Assembly: GCA_014382805.1 (NCBI GenBank)
Contig: JACNIZ010000216.1
Location: forward strand, 1-56,138
Reading direction: 5' to 3'
Source of the DNA: Planctomycetota bacterium
Lineage (GTDB): Bacteria > Planctomycetota > UBA1135
Length of the DNA stretch: 56,138 nt
Part shown: positions 36,641 to 44,682 of the stretch, in pieces
Layout: each line of letters starts with the position of its first letter
Position numbering within the stretch: the first letter of the stretch is position 1
Notes under the pieces: generated by a model
What the model saw: only the letters and a program-made list of their open reading frames with translations
Databases searched by the model: none
What the model was told of the DNA's origin: nothing
Made by a program: the position numbers and the translations under genes

Positions 36641-37696
36641 TTAAAGGAGGGGCAACACAGCCGCTTTCAAGTCTCGTGCCCGCAAGTTGCTGGCCCGAAT
36701 AACGCCGTTTTTATCAAGCAAAAAACTGGTCGGAATAGAGCGAATGAAAAATTGGTCGGCCAACGCCGATTTCCAACCCTTGCCGTCGTACAGCTGCGGC
36801 CATGGCATGTTTTTTTCCTTCAAATAGCTCACCAATCGGCGGTGGCCATCGCGCCGGTCATCGTCCAACGAAACACCGACGATTTGAAAACCCTGCTCAT
36901 TCAGTTCTTGATAGATCTTGGCGACCTCGGGCATTTCCTGATCGCACGGGCGCGACCACGTCGCCCAAAACTGCACCAGCACAACTTTGCCTTTGAGGTC
37001 GTCAATCTTCAGCGTCTCGCCATCCCGTAACTGCTTGCCGCTGAATTTCGGCATCGGCAGCCCAACCAGCAGTGTTTTTTGTACCTTAATCCGAGCTAGA
37101 ATTTGCGTGGCTTGGGCGGCGTCGGCATCTTTGCCAGCGGCCACTGGGTGGAGTAAAGCCTCAGCTTGGGCGAACTGCTCGGCGTCGGCGAGGGCGATGG
37201 CGTAAACGAAGGTATAGCGCTTCAAATCCAAGCGCAAACCCTCGGGGGCAGGGCCTTGGTAGGCCTTCACTTCGGTGTGGATCCATTTCATTCGCGCCAA
37301 ACCAGCCTCGGGCTTTTGGCGAGCATGTATTTCCATCAACGCCAGCTCATGCATGGCTTCAAACGACGCCGCGGGACGGCTGTAATCAACGGCAAACTCC
37401 TCGATGCTCAGGAAAAGGTCGTTCAAATATTTCTCGAAAGCCTCGCGCGTCTTTTGCTGCGGACCCTGGAAACTAGCTTGCAAATCGCGCCATTTCGCAA
37501 CCGCCTCAACGTCCCGTTGCGACGGCTTGGCTTGGCCTTCTTGCCCAGCATCCGCCTTCTCCCGCTCGGCGGTCGTTGGCTCCTGCTCAGCGGTCGCAGT
37601 GTCATCCGGTGGAAAAGCTGGTTGGGCGCCAACCGCAGCGGCCCCGCAGCACGCGGCTGCCAGGGTCAAAATTTTCAGGAATGGGGTCGTAAGCAT
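36641..37696 (-). CDS. Secreted TlpA/ResA-like thioredoxin-fold protein with an N-terminal helical domain; active site is SxxC
   Basis: Signal peptide, then a helical (TPR-like) region, then VVLVQFWATWSRPC (normally WCxPC) and SIPTSFLLDKNG. Confidence 0.8.
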   Translation of the reverse strand: MLTTPFLKILTLAAACCGAAAVGAQPAFPPDDTATAEQEPTTAEREKADAGQEGQAKPSQRDVEAVAKWRDLQASFQGPQQKTREAFEKYLNDLFLSIEEFAVDYSRPAASFEAMHELALMEIHARQKPEAGLARMKWIHTEVKAYQGPAPEGLRLDLKRYTFVYAIALADAEQFAQAEALLHPVAAGKDADAAQATQILARIKVQKTLLVGLPMPKFSGKQLRDGETLKIDDLKGKVVLVQFWATWSRPCDQEMPEVAKIYQELNEQGFQIVGVSLDDDRRDGHRRLVSYLKEKNMPWPQLYDGKGWKSALADQFFIRSIPTSFLLDKNGVIRASNLRARDLKAAVLPLL

Positions 37697-37768
37697 GGAC
37701 TAAATGCTGGAGCAATCGCGCTGGAGCCGCTAGAATCTCCGCCCTGCTGAGCCTAGAGCCCAGCGGAC

Positions 37769-37845
37769 GGCGGAGTAGCTCAGTTGGTTAGAGCAGCGGA
37801 ATCATAATCCGCGTGTCGGGGGTTCAAATCCCTTCTCCGCTACCA
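37769..37845 (+). tRNA. tRNA with anticodon CAT (elongator Met type; Ile2/lysidine type cannot be excluded)
   Basis: A 77-nt cloverleaf folded by hand: acceptor GGCGGAG/CTCCGCT (G1-U72 wobble), D arm GCTC/GAGC, anticodon arm GCGGA-ATCATAA-TCCGC, T arm GGGGG-TTCAAAT-CCCTT, and encoded CCA. It is not initiator-like (no C1xA72, no GGG/CCC anticodon stem). Confidence 0.9.
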
Positions 37846-37851
37846 AATGAA

Positions 37852-37889
37852 CCTCAGGATGGCGTTATTGCTGTCCTGGGGTTTTTTTT
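37852..37889 (+). terminator. Rho-independent terminator after the tRNA
   Basis: Stem CCTCAGGATGGC / GCTGTCCTGGGG (about 12 bp including G-U pairs), followed by a T8 run at 37882-37889. Confidence 0.8.
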
Positions 37890-38045
37890 GTGTCGCTGTC
37901 TAACCGACTTCATCGAATATTAACACAGCCATGTCTCAATTCATGTCCCACTTGTGTCTCAGCTAAGGCTCCATCCACCGAACAGTTTTGTAACCCGAAA
38001 CTCGAAATGAAAGAACAGCGGAATCATTATCTGACGAGCGAATGG

Positions 38046-39242
38046 TTATCGGCGCGTTTCAGCAAGTGCCCAGGCGTACTCGCGAGCGATGGGCGGCGGG
38101 CTCTCGGAATTTAGGTCCACCCAAGCCCGCTGCGGCCAATACGGTTCGCGCAGCAGCTGGCGCCCCATTAGGATCAGGTCGGCGCGGTCCTCGGCAAGAA
38201 TAGCCTCTGCCTGAGCGGGTTTGGTGATCAGCCCCACGGCGCCCGTCGCGATGTCGGCGTCGCGGCGAATGCGCTCAGCGAGTTGAACCTGATAGCCCGG
38301 GCCGACGGGAATGCGGGCGTTGCGTGTTGCGCCGCCACTGGAACAGTCGATGAGGTCCACGCCTTCGGCCTTCAGCAACTTGCAAACCGCCACAGAATCG
38401 TCGAGGGTCCAGCCGCCCTCAACCCAATCGGTACCCGATAAGCGCACCAGCAGCGGAGCTTCTTCGGGCAAGACCAATCGAACCGCGCGAACGGTTTCGA
38501 GCAAAAATCTCACTCGGTTGTCGAAGGAGCCACCGTATTCGTCGCTGCGTTGGTTCATCAGCGGCGACAGGAAACTGTGCCCGAGGTAGCCGTGCGCGAA
38601 GTGCAGCTCGACGACGCTAAAACCAGCGGCAATGGATCGCTTTGCCGCTGCGGCAAATGAGTCGGTGATCGAGCCAATCTGATCCACCGTCAACGCGTGC
38701 GGGTCCAAGCCGTCGCGACCGTAGCGCTTCGAGGTCGGGCCGACGGGTTGCCAGCCGCCTTCATCGAGCGGCACAAATGAGTTGGACTTCGGATCGAGCG
38801 GGCGACGTCGTGATGCTTTGACTCCGGCGTGGGCCAGTTGGATGCCAGGTGCCGCACCGTGCGCACGCACGAAGTCTGTCATCCGGCGCAGGCCAGTGAT
38901 GTGTTCGTCCTTCCAGATGCCGAGGCAGTTCGGGGTGATGCGCCCCTCTGGTTCCACGCCGGTGGCCTCGGCGATCAACAAGCCCGCTCCGCCTACCGCG
39001 CGCGCGCCGTAATGGGCAAGATGCCAGTCGGTAGCGTAGCCGTCCTCGCTGGAATACTGGCACATCGGCGACATCGCGATCCGATTGCGCAGGGTTACTC
39101 CGCGCAGCTCGAGAGGGGTGAAGAGCTTGCTCATGCCGAAGTTGTAGCCGGTTGGCAGCGCTGCGCTCAGTCCATTTTTGGCTACCCCTGCTGCAGCGAC
39201 GCTCGCCGCAATCGCCGATCCACAAAAGTTTCGTCTGTCCAT
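38046..39242 (-). CDS. NADH:flavin oxidoreductase, Old Yellow Enzyme family, with a twin-arginine-like N-terminal leader
   Basis: OYE motifs NRIAMSPMCQY, HAGVKAS, FDGVELHFAHGYL-like (GFSVVELHFAHGYLGHSFLSP) and GRQLLREPYWP. The N-terminus is MDRRNFCGSAIAASVAAAGVA. The ATG at 39242 is preceded by AGGAAGG 9 nt upstream. Confidence 0.9.
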   Translation of the reverse strand: MDRRNFCGSAIAASVAAAGVAKNGLSAALPTGYNFGMSKLFTPLELRGVTLRNRIAMSPMCQYSSEDGYATDWHLAHYGARAVGGAGLLIAEATGVEPEGRITPNCLGIWKDEHITGLRRMTDFVRAHGAAPGIQLAHAGVKASRRRPLDPKSNSFVPLDEGGWQPVGPTSKRYGRDGLDPHALTVDQIGSITDSFAAAAKRSIAAGFSVVELHFAHGYLGHSFLSPLMNQRSDEYGGSFDNRVRFLLETVRAVRLVLPEEAPLLVRLSGTDWVEGGWTLDDSVAVCKLLKAEGVDLIDCSSGGATRNARIPVGPGYQVQLAERIRRDADIATGAVGLITKPAQAEAILAEDRADLILMGRQLLREPYWPQRAWVDLNSESPPPIAREYAWALAETRR

Positions 39243-39386
39243 GATTTTTTACCTTCCTGCCATTCTACAGGCTCAGCATAACCTTCTACCAATGCGCCCG
39301 GGCCCTCAATTTTTTGACACATGCGCATGGAGCAAACTGAGCACTGCCAATGACCTGAATAGCGTTGGGCAGAGATCGGCAGCAGA

Positions 39387-39752
39387 TTAATGTTCCCCCT
39401 TATAGATGCGAGATGCCCAGCTAAATCCTATCACCTTTCCATCCATAACCCTAAAACCAAGTCTAGTTCCAAAGAAGTAGTACCAATGTGTTTCACCTTG
39501 CCGAGTAAAAAGGAAATTTGAATAAGTCGGCTCGCCAAACCGTTTGAACACGAGGTCGATTTCAGCTCCAAGTGCCCAATTAGCAGCTTCTATTGCCTCT
39601 GCTTCCGTTAATCCAATTGGCATTTTTTGGTGGCCTTCCAACGGATGAGATGCGGAGTGAATCAGAGAACAGCAGGGTGCACTGCCAAGCAATCCCGCCA
39701 AGAGGAATTGGAAACAAGTCCTTCCAAATAGCAGGGGGATGAAGTTCATCAA
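39387..39752 (-). CDS. Small secreted hypothetical protein (121 aa)
   Basis: Hydrophobic N-terminus with Cys-Cys, ATGA overlap with the upstream gene, and lower GC than the flanks. No recognised family. Confidence 0.55.
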   Translation of the reverse strand: MMNFIPLLFGRTCFQFLLAGLLGSAPCCSLIHSASHPLEGHQKMPIGLTEAEAIEAANWALGAEIDLVFKRFGEPTYSNFLFTRQGETHWYYFFGTRLGFRVMDGKVIGFSWASRIYKGEH

Positions 39753-40402
39753 TCGGGACCACTGGCAGCCTTATTCCATCTGTTGCACGCGCTTTCACAT
39801 TCTGGGCACGACGGAAACCACTTTGCAATGGCGCCGTCCACACTCAATTCAAGTTCACTAATCCCAGCACTTCCTGCATTGGGGAAATCCCATTTGGCGG
39901 CCATGTGAATTGGATGATTTATGCCCGGAGAAATCTTCCATTCAGGAACCGATGTTAGAGAACGATTATGAACTCGGCAGGGGAAAAAAGAGAATTCATG
40001 GAAAGGAGCATGGGAGCTGGGAAGGGGATCATCCGTGGTAACTTGACGACTGATCCTCAGCTTTTTCTCTCGGCAAGAAGAGCATCCCCAATACCATTTT
40101 TCACCAAGCTTTGGAGACCAGTCTGCACCATTACTGACGTAGATTTTGTCCTCGGACATGTCAGTGTTAAAATTATTATGATCAACAGTCGGCGCACCAG
40201 CGTAGGACTTGTGAGTCGCCATCCCGAGTCGAGTCTCATGGATTTGGCAATAGCCTTTAGGCCATTCTTGAACTAGTTCGGCTGCTTGAATTTCTTGGTC
40301 CACTTGAACCTCCTTGGGCTCCTCTTGGCCGCATCCGTTCATTGCGATATAGCAATACACCATTAAAAACCAAAGCCATGCTGATTTGTTTGTCAAATTC
40401 AT
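39749..40402 (-). CDS. Secreted/possible lipoprotein with duplicated C-x2-H ... C-x2-C module (217 aa)
   Basis: N-terminal hydrophobic segment ending AMNGC. Module 1 is C52-x2-H55 ... C107-x2-C110. Module 2 is C142-x2-H145 ... C199-x2-C202, with near-identical spacing. Confidence 0.6.
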   Translation of the reverse strand: MNLTNKSAWLWFLMVYCYIAMNGCGQEEPKEVQVDQEIQAAELVQEWPKGYCQIHETRLGMATHKSYAGAPTVDHNNFNTDMSEDKIYVSNGADWSPKLGEKWYWGCSSCREKKLRISRQVTTDDPLPSSHAPFHEFSFFPCRVHNRSLTSVPEWKISPGINHPIHMAAKWDFPNAGSAGISELELSVDGAIAKWFPSCPECESACNRWNKAASGPD

Positions 40403-40429
40403 CTCCTTGGGTTGCAGGGTTCCATTGTT

Positions 40430-41800
40430 CTATGGCTGAATAGGCACTTTAAAGGTCAATGCCCCAACACCACGGTCGTTTGTGATCCACGGCCCATCAA
40501 GCTGATGCCCCACATACGCCAGCGTTTCAGACTGAGTGGGGCCGCTCAGCGTCAGCAAGATTCGATTGCCAATTACAGTTCCAGTAAGGGCAATGACTCC
40601 GTCCTCCAATTCAAAATCATCAATAGCGCCGACGTCGATGATCAGCTCATCATCCGGATCACGGAAGGTCAACAGTAATGCATCTTGAGCTGCATTGGCG
40701 TAGCGAACGGATTTAATATTGGGCGCGTCAATGCTTTGCGTATCCGTCGACCCATAAAGGTCCCGCCCAATCAATCGTACGATGCGGTTGCCAAATTCGT
40801 GATAGCCGGCATAATGAAAATGACAGCCGTCATGGCTAGGCGCTGCAGTGGTTGACATGACCTGCAGCAAAGGCAAATAATCCTGCAGCCGTCGCTGCAC
40901 CTCGCGCAAGCCGATGCTGACCTTGGCGCAACCCGACCGCACTTGGAACATATAAACCTGCTCCACACTCGGGTAATCCTTCAGCCAATCGCGGTATAGT
41001 TGTTGAAATTTCCATGCATAGTTAATGGCATACCAACTATCAGATTCACCTTGATGCCAAATAATTGCGCGTACCGAATCTGCCACCCCAGCATTACGTG
41101 CACGAGTTAATAACCTGCCGTACATGGTGTGAATGTTGGCTGGGTCGTCGTCATCGCGTAGGTGCCACTTAATCGCCGTTGCGCCGACGGCACCGTTGAT
41201 GATCACTACCGGAATCCCGGTTCGATCCACCAAAAGACGTCCCATCCGCAGTCCCCAGGCGCCAATGCTGCCACTGGTCAATGCAGTTTCGCCGTCGGCT
41301 TGATACCACTTCAGATCGTGCGAGGAATCCCAAGTTCTAGCACTTGCAGAACCGAAGGAACGCACCCACGGACTTTGTTGATGGTTCGCCAAGCCCTCGC
41401 CATAAGCATCCCAGGCCACGGCATTGGATTGACCTTCCATCAAGTAGGCATCTCCGGCGACTACGTTGCTGGCTGAGGCCACCAGCGAATATTGCGGGCC
41501 TTGAATGAGCACAACCTTGAACGAATAAGCGTGCAGTTCGGCTCTAATCGTGAACTCAAAATTAAAGTCCGCGCTGCCAGCAGAGTAGGTTAAATCTTGG
41601 ACCTGTACTGAATAGACGACGTCATCTCTTTCGCCCACTACCAAGATTTGCTGCCATCCCGCTTCGGTAACTGTTCCAGCGATGTCCACCTCGGCTAGAT
41701 TCTGCGCGTCGCGTGGATAAAGCTGCCAATCGGACGGATGCTCGGTGAATTCCAGCGGGGGAATTTGGGCACAAAGCAGCAGCAGGAAAGTTAGCGACAT
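40430..41800 (-). CDS. Sialate O-acetylesterase-like SGNH/DUF303 carbohydrate esterase with extra N- and C-terminal beta domains
   Basis: Signal peptide, GQSNAVAW (GQSN nucleophile motif), IIWHQGESD and a HDGCHFH block. Confidence 0.75.
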   Translation of the reverse strand: MSLTFLLLLCAQIPPLEFTEHPSDWQLYPRDAQNLAEVDIAGTVTEAGWQQILVVGERDDVVYSVQVQDLTYSAGSADFNFEFTIRAELHAYSFKVVLIQGPQYSLVASASNVVAGDAYLMEGQSNAVAWDAYGEGLANHQQSPWVRSFGSASARTWDSSHDLKWYQADGETALTSGSIGAWGLRMGRLLVDRTGIPVVIINGAVGATAIKWHLRDDDDPANIHTMYGRLLTRARNAGVADSVRAIIWHQGESDSWYAINYAWKFQQLYRDWLKDYPSVEQVYMFQVRSGCAKVSIGLREVQRRLQDYLPLLQVMSTTAAPSHDGCHFHYAGYHEFGNRIVRLIGRDLYGSTDTQSIDAPNIKSVRYANAAQDALLLTFRDPDDELIIDVGAIDDFELEDGVIALTGTVIGNRILLTLSGPTQSETLAYVGHQLDGPWITNDRGVGALTFKVPIQP

Positions 41801-41934
41801 GGCCAGTCCAATTTATCAGAAGTAAGGGCAACTCCATCCCAAATGCCCATTTCCTACCTCGGCGCGCTGCATCACCCGGGGGATGCAATGAGGTCGGAGA
41901 AGGGTAGAATCGGGCGGCTAAATTGCCGCCAACC

Positions 41935-42408
41935 ATGCCCGTCATCGATCACCTTAAGCAAATGGAAGACGACCGCTTCCTGACCATTTACTCCGCGCTC
42001 GCCGAACAAGGGATTGGCCCGCTCGATAGTCAGGTGGCAACCGCATTGAAATTCCGCCCGCATGCAGTCAAAAAACTACCAATGCAGGCACGGGCGCGGC
42101 AAGCACGTCGGATTTTGTTGGCCGAATCGAATATTGAGCTTTGTTATGAGCTTTTCGGCGGATATTTGCTTAAGGAACGCTTGGACCTAGTCAGCGAATT
42201 TCTCGATCAAACCGGCATCGCGCATGAGGACGGCATGATTGTCGATTTTGAGGCTGCCAAACCAGCCGGTGACAAAATTGAAAGCGCAGTGCAACATTTG
42301 GACGGCAAATTTTCCAGCCCAGACGTCAGCTTGTACCTTTCCGTTTGTGCCGAGCAATGGCCGGAAATAAGTGAGATTCAGGAAGCCTGGGGCAAGCGCG
42401 GGGATTGA
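41935..42408 (+). CDS. Hypothetical cytoplasmic helical protein (157 aa)
   Basis: ORF with the ATG at 41935 (track start 41923 is TTG). No recognisable motifs. It converges on the radical SAM gene across a 27-nt gap. Confidence 0.5.
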   Translation: MPVIDHLKQMEDDRFLTIYSALAEQGIGPLDSQVATALKFRPHAVKKLPMQARARQARRILLAESNIELCYELFGGYLLKERLDLVSEFLDQTGIAHEDGMIVDFEAAKPAGDKIESAVQHLDGKFSSPDVSLYLSVCAEQWPEISEIQEAWGKRGD

Positions 42409-42435
42409 GTTTTCCCTATTCGGTGGGGCCTGCGC

Positions 42436-44478
42436 CTAGCCGAAGTAATAGCCCTTTTTGATCCATTCGATCTCGTAAGGGGCGTAGTTTTCTACCGCCG
42501 GCAAAGAGATCCATTTAGCACCCTCGCGGAAGATCAAGGACAGTCCCTCTAATTCCTCAAGAAATTGAAGTACCCCTGCTTTGGATACATCTGCGTCCAA
42601 AGTCAACTCAGTTTCGGGTAGAGGAGAAAATCTTTCGCCGATAGGCGCATGGTGGTCCACCCACGGCTTTAATCCGGTTTTGCCATCCGGTTGTCCATCG
42701 GGAATACCATATTCGGCGATTTGCTCAGCTAGAGGTAGCAAATTCCGAATGCCGATGGGCGCGTCCAGTGCTAAGAACACGGCAGCCGCAAAACTCTTCA
42801 GGCGATAGTCGTGAGCAGGAAGATTCGGGCGTCGATCTTGAATGACTACATCGCTACCATCCATACGCCAAGTGAATACGCATCGGTTAGCATCCCATTT
42901 GCGTCGCCAGCGGAACAGGCGATCACGCAACGGGGCGATGTACTTGGGTTCGGCCGGAGCATCCGCATCATAATAATAAGCCAATTCATTTTTTGCCTCC
43001 TCGCTGAAGGGGAAGAGGAAATCGTAAAACCAGCTTCGTTTCAGTTTAATGCCGAAGGACTCCGGGTCTTGATGATAGGGGCTAGAACGAACAAAACTAA
43101 TGGCGAAGACGCCTTCTGGCGGTTTGAGGTGCTCGAGCTGAGGAGCGATGTTATGCATCCAGGAAAATTCTGCCGGGTCTTCTCCAGGGAATCCTCCAAG
43201 GATGTAGTAATTACATAGGATTCCATAGTCGCGGCAATACTTCAGCAAAGCCACTACCTGGATACCCGTCAGTCCCTTGCGCATTAGCTTAAGCATGGGC
43301 GAGCTGAAGCTTTCAATTCCGGGCTGAATATGAGTGACTCCAGCTTGCGCAAATGCAGCGACCTGCCTGCGATTTAAATTCGCCTTGGTCTCAAAAAATA
43401 TATCGACGCCTTTAGTCCGCGAATTTTCACCCTTGCTCAAGTGCTCAAAATAATCCAGCGCCATGATGTTGTCGGTCATAAAGATGAACCTGGGGTGATA
43501 CTGATCCACGACGGTGCTGAATTCTGATTCAAACTGCGCAAAATCCTTTTGCCGGAATTTCATTCCAGACGAATTCAAACCACAAAAAGTGCAGTGGCTT
43601 TTTGCGCCCCACCAACAACCCCGCGACGACTCCATTGGCAAAACCAGCGGAAACTGTTCATCAAGTTTGTGCTCTTCACGAGCGCGAATATAGTCATCAA
43701 AGTCGGGCGCAAGGCTGTTCAGGAAACTGTCCATGGAATCCATAGGTGCGCTAATGGTGGCTTTACCGTTGTGATCGCGATAGTAAACCCCTGAAATACC
43801 ATTCATTTCACGTTCACCATGCAATGCTTGCAAATAGCTGGGTAAGGAGTTTTCGGCATCACCGACAAATACGGCATCCAAATAAGGGAACTCGTCCAGT
43901 AAAAATTGACCGGCATTGCCTTCACAATTTGCTCCACCCATTAATATCACTTTTTCAGGCCAACGTTGTTTCAGACGTCGCGCCACTGCCAATGTTGCAA
44001 CTGTTTGATGAAAGGTATTACTAAAGCCGATGACGTCAAACGGCTCAAGTTTCTGGCATATAAAGTCGACGATTTCAGGCGCCGAATTTCGCAATTGTTT
44101 CATGACCACGCTTGGTGGTGGATAGCGCTTGATCCACTTCAAGGCGCGGCGATGAAGTCGCCCACGATGGCGTCGGTCAAGTGCTTTTAAACCGCTACTT
44201 GGGTCAGGACCTTGCCAATCCGGGAAAGCCGCGGCGGAGAATATCCATTCGTTCCAGGGGTGGAATGGCATTAAGGACATTTTGTGATAAAGGCCCAGTC
44301 GACTGGAAAGCTTTCTGCCCGGCAATCGTTTAATGAGGTCTAAGTCGGGGTAAAACGTTTGGCAGTCATATCCATTTGCCTTCAAACTTGCCGAAAGTAC
44401 AGCGATGCCCAAATTGGGCATGGCGACAGGCGCGAATGGGGGATTGACAAGAGCAATACTAGGCTTGTGAGTGTACAT
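42436..44478 (-). CDS. B12-binding-domain radical SAM enzyme, RiPP-maturase-like, with C-x7-C-x2-C motif and a putative C-terminal RRE
   Basis: N-terminus IALVNPPFAP...PNLGIAVLSASLKANGY (B12-binding-type Rossmann). SSRGCWWGAKSHCTFCGLN cluster motif. The C-terminal ~150 aa has PqqD-like segments (LKSFAAAVFLALDAPIGIRNLLPLAEQI; VLQFLEELEGLSLIF). The ATG at 44478 is preferred to the TTG at 44493. Confidence 0.85.
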   Translation of the reverse strand: MYTHKPSIALVNPPFAPVAMPNLGIAVLSASLKANGYDCQTFYPDLDLIKRLPGRKLSSRLGLYHKMSLMPFHPWNEWIFSAAAFPDWQGPDPSSGLKALDRRHRGRLHRRALKWIKRYPPPSVVMKQLRNSAPEIVDFICQKLEPFDVIGFSNTFHQTVATLAVARRLKQRWPEKVILMGGANCEGNAGQFLLDEFPYLDAVFVGDAENSLPSYLQALHGEREMNGISGVYYRDHNGKATISAPMDSMDSFLNSLAPDFDDYIRAREEHKLDEQFPLVLPMESSRGCWWGAKSHCTFCGLNSSGMKFRQKDFAQFESEFSTVVDQYHPRFIFMTDNIMALDYFEHLSKGENSRTKGVDIFFETKANLNRRQVAAFAQAGVTHIQPGIESFSSPMLKLMRKGLTGIQVVALLKYCRDYGILCNYYILGGFPGEDPAEFSWMHNIAPQLEHLKPPEGVFAISFVRSSPYHQDPESFGIKLKRSWFYDFLFPFSEEAKNELAYYYDADAPAEPKYIAPLRDRLFRWRRKWDANRCVFTWRMDGSDVVIQDRRPNLPAHDYRLKSFAAAVFLALDAPIGIRNLLPLAEQIAEYGIPDGQPDGKTGLKPWVDHHAPIGERFSPLPETELTLDADVSKAGVLQFLEELEGLSLIFREGAKWISLPAVENYAPYEIEWIKKGYYFG

Positions 44479-44682
44479 GCAGGTTTGTGACAAAATGAAA
44501 TTCTCGTGGCAAGGACCTTAATGTTCGGTACTTGCTGTTGCGCGACTAACCTCGGCGGAGGCGAAGCTGAGATTTTTTGGTACATTGATAAACTCCGATC
44601 AATACACCATTTCCATCTAACTGATTAAGTTAGCCTTCAACAACAAGCTTTGGAGCAAGGGTTTTTGCACTACAATCGTGGC

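Noticed and set aside
37166-37750. 194-aa + strand ORF
   Set aside because: It is antisense to the TlpA-like gene, which has a clear thioredoxin-fold motif and signal peptide.
44382-44585. 67-aa minus-strand ORF as a radical SAM precursor peptide
   Set aside because: It overlaps the rSAM N-terminal coding region by about 100 nt in another frame. It has no leader/core features.
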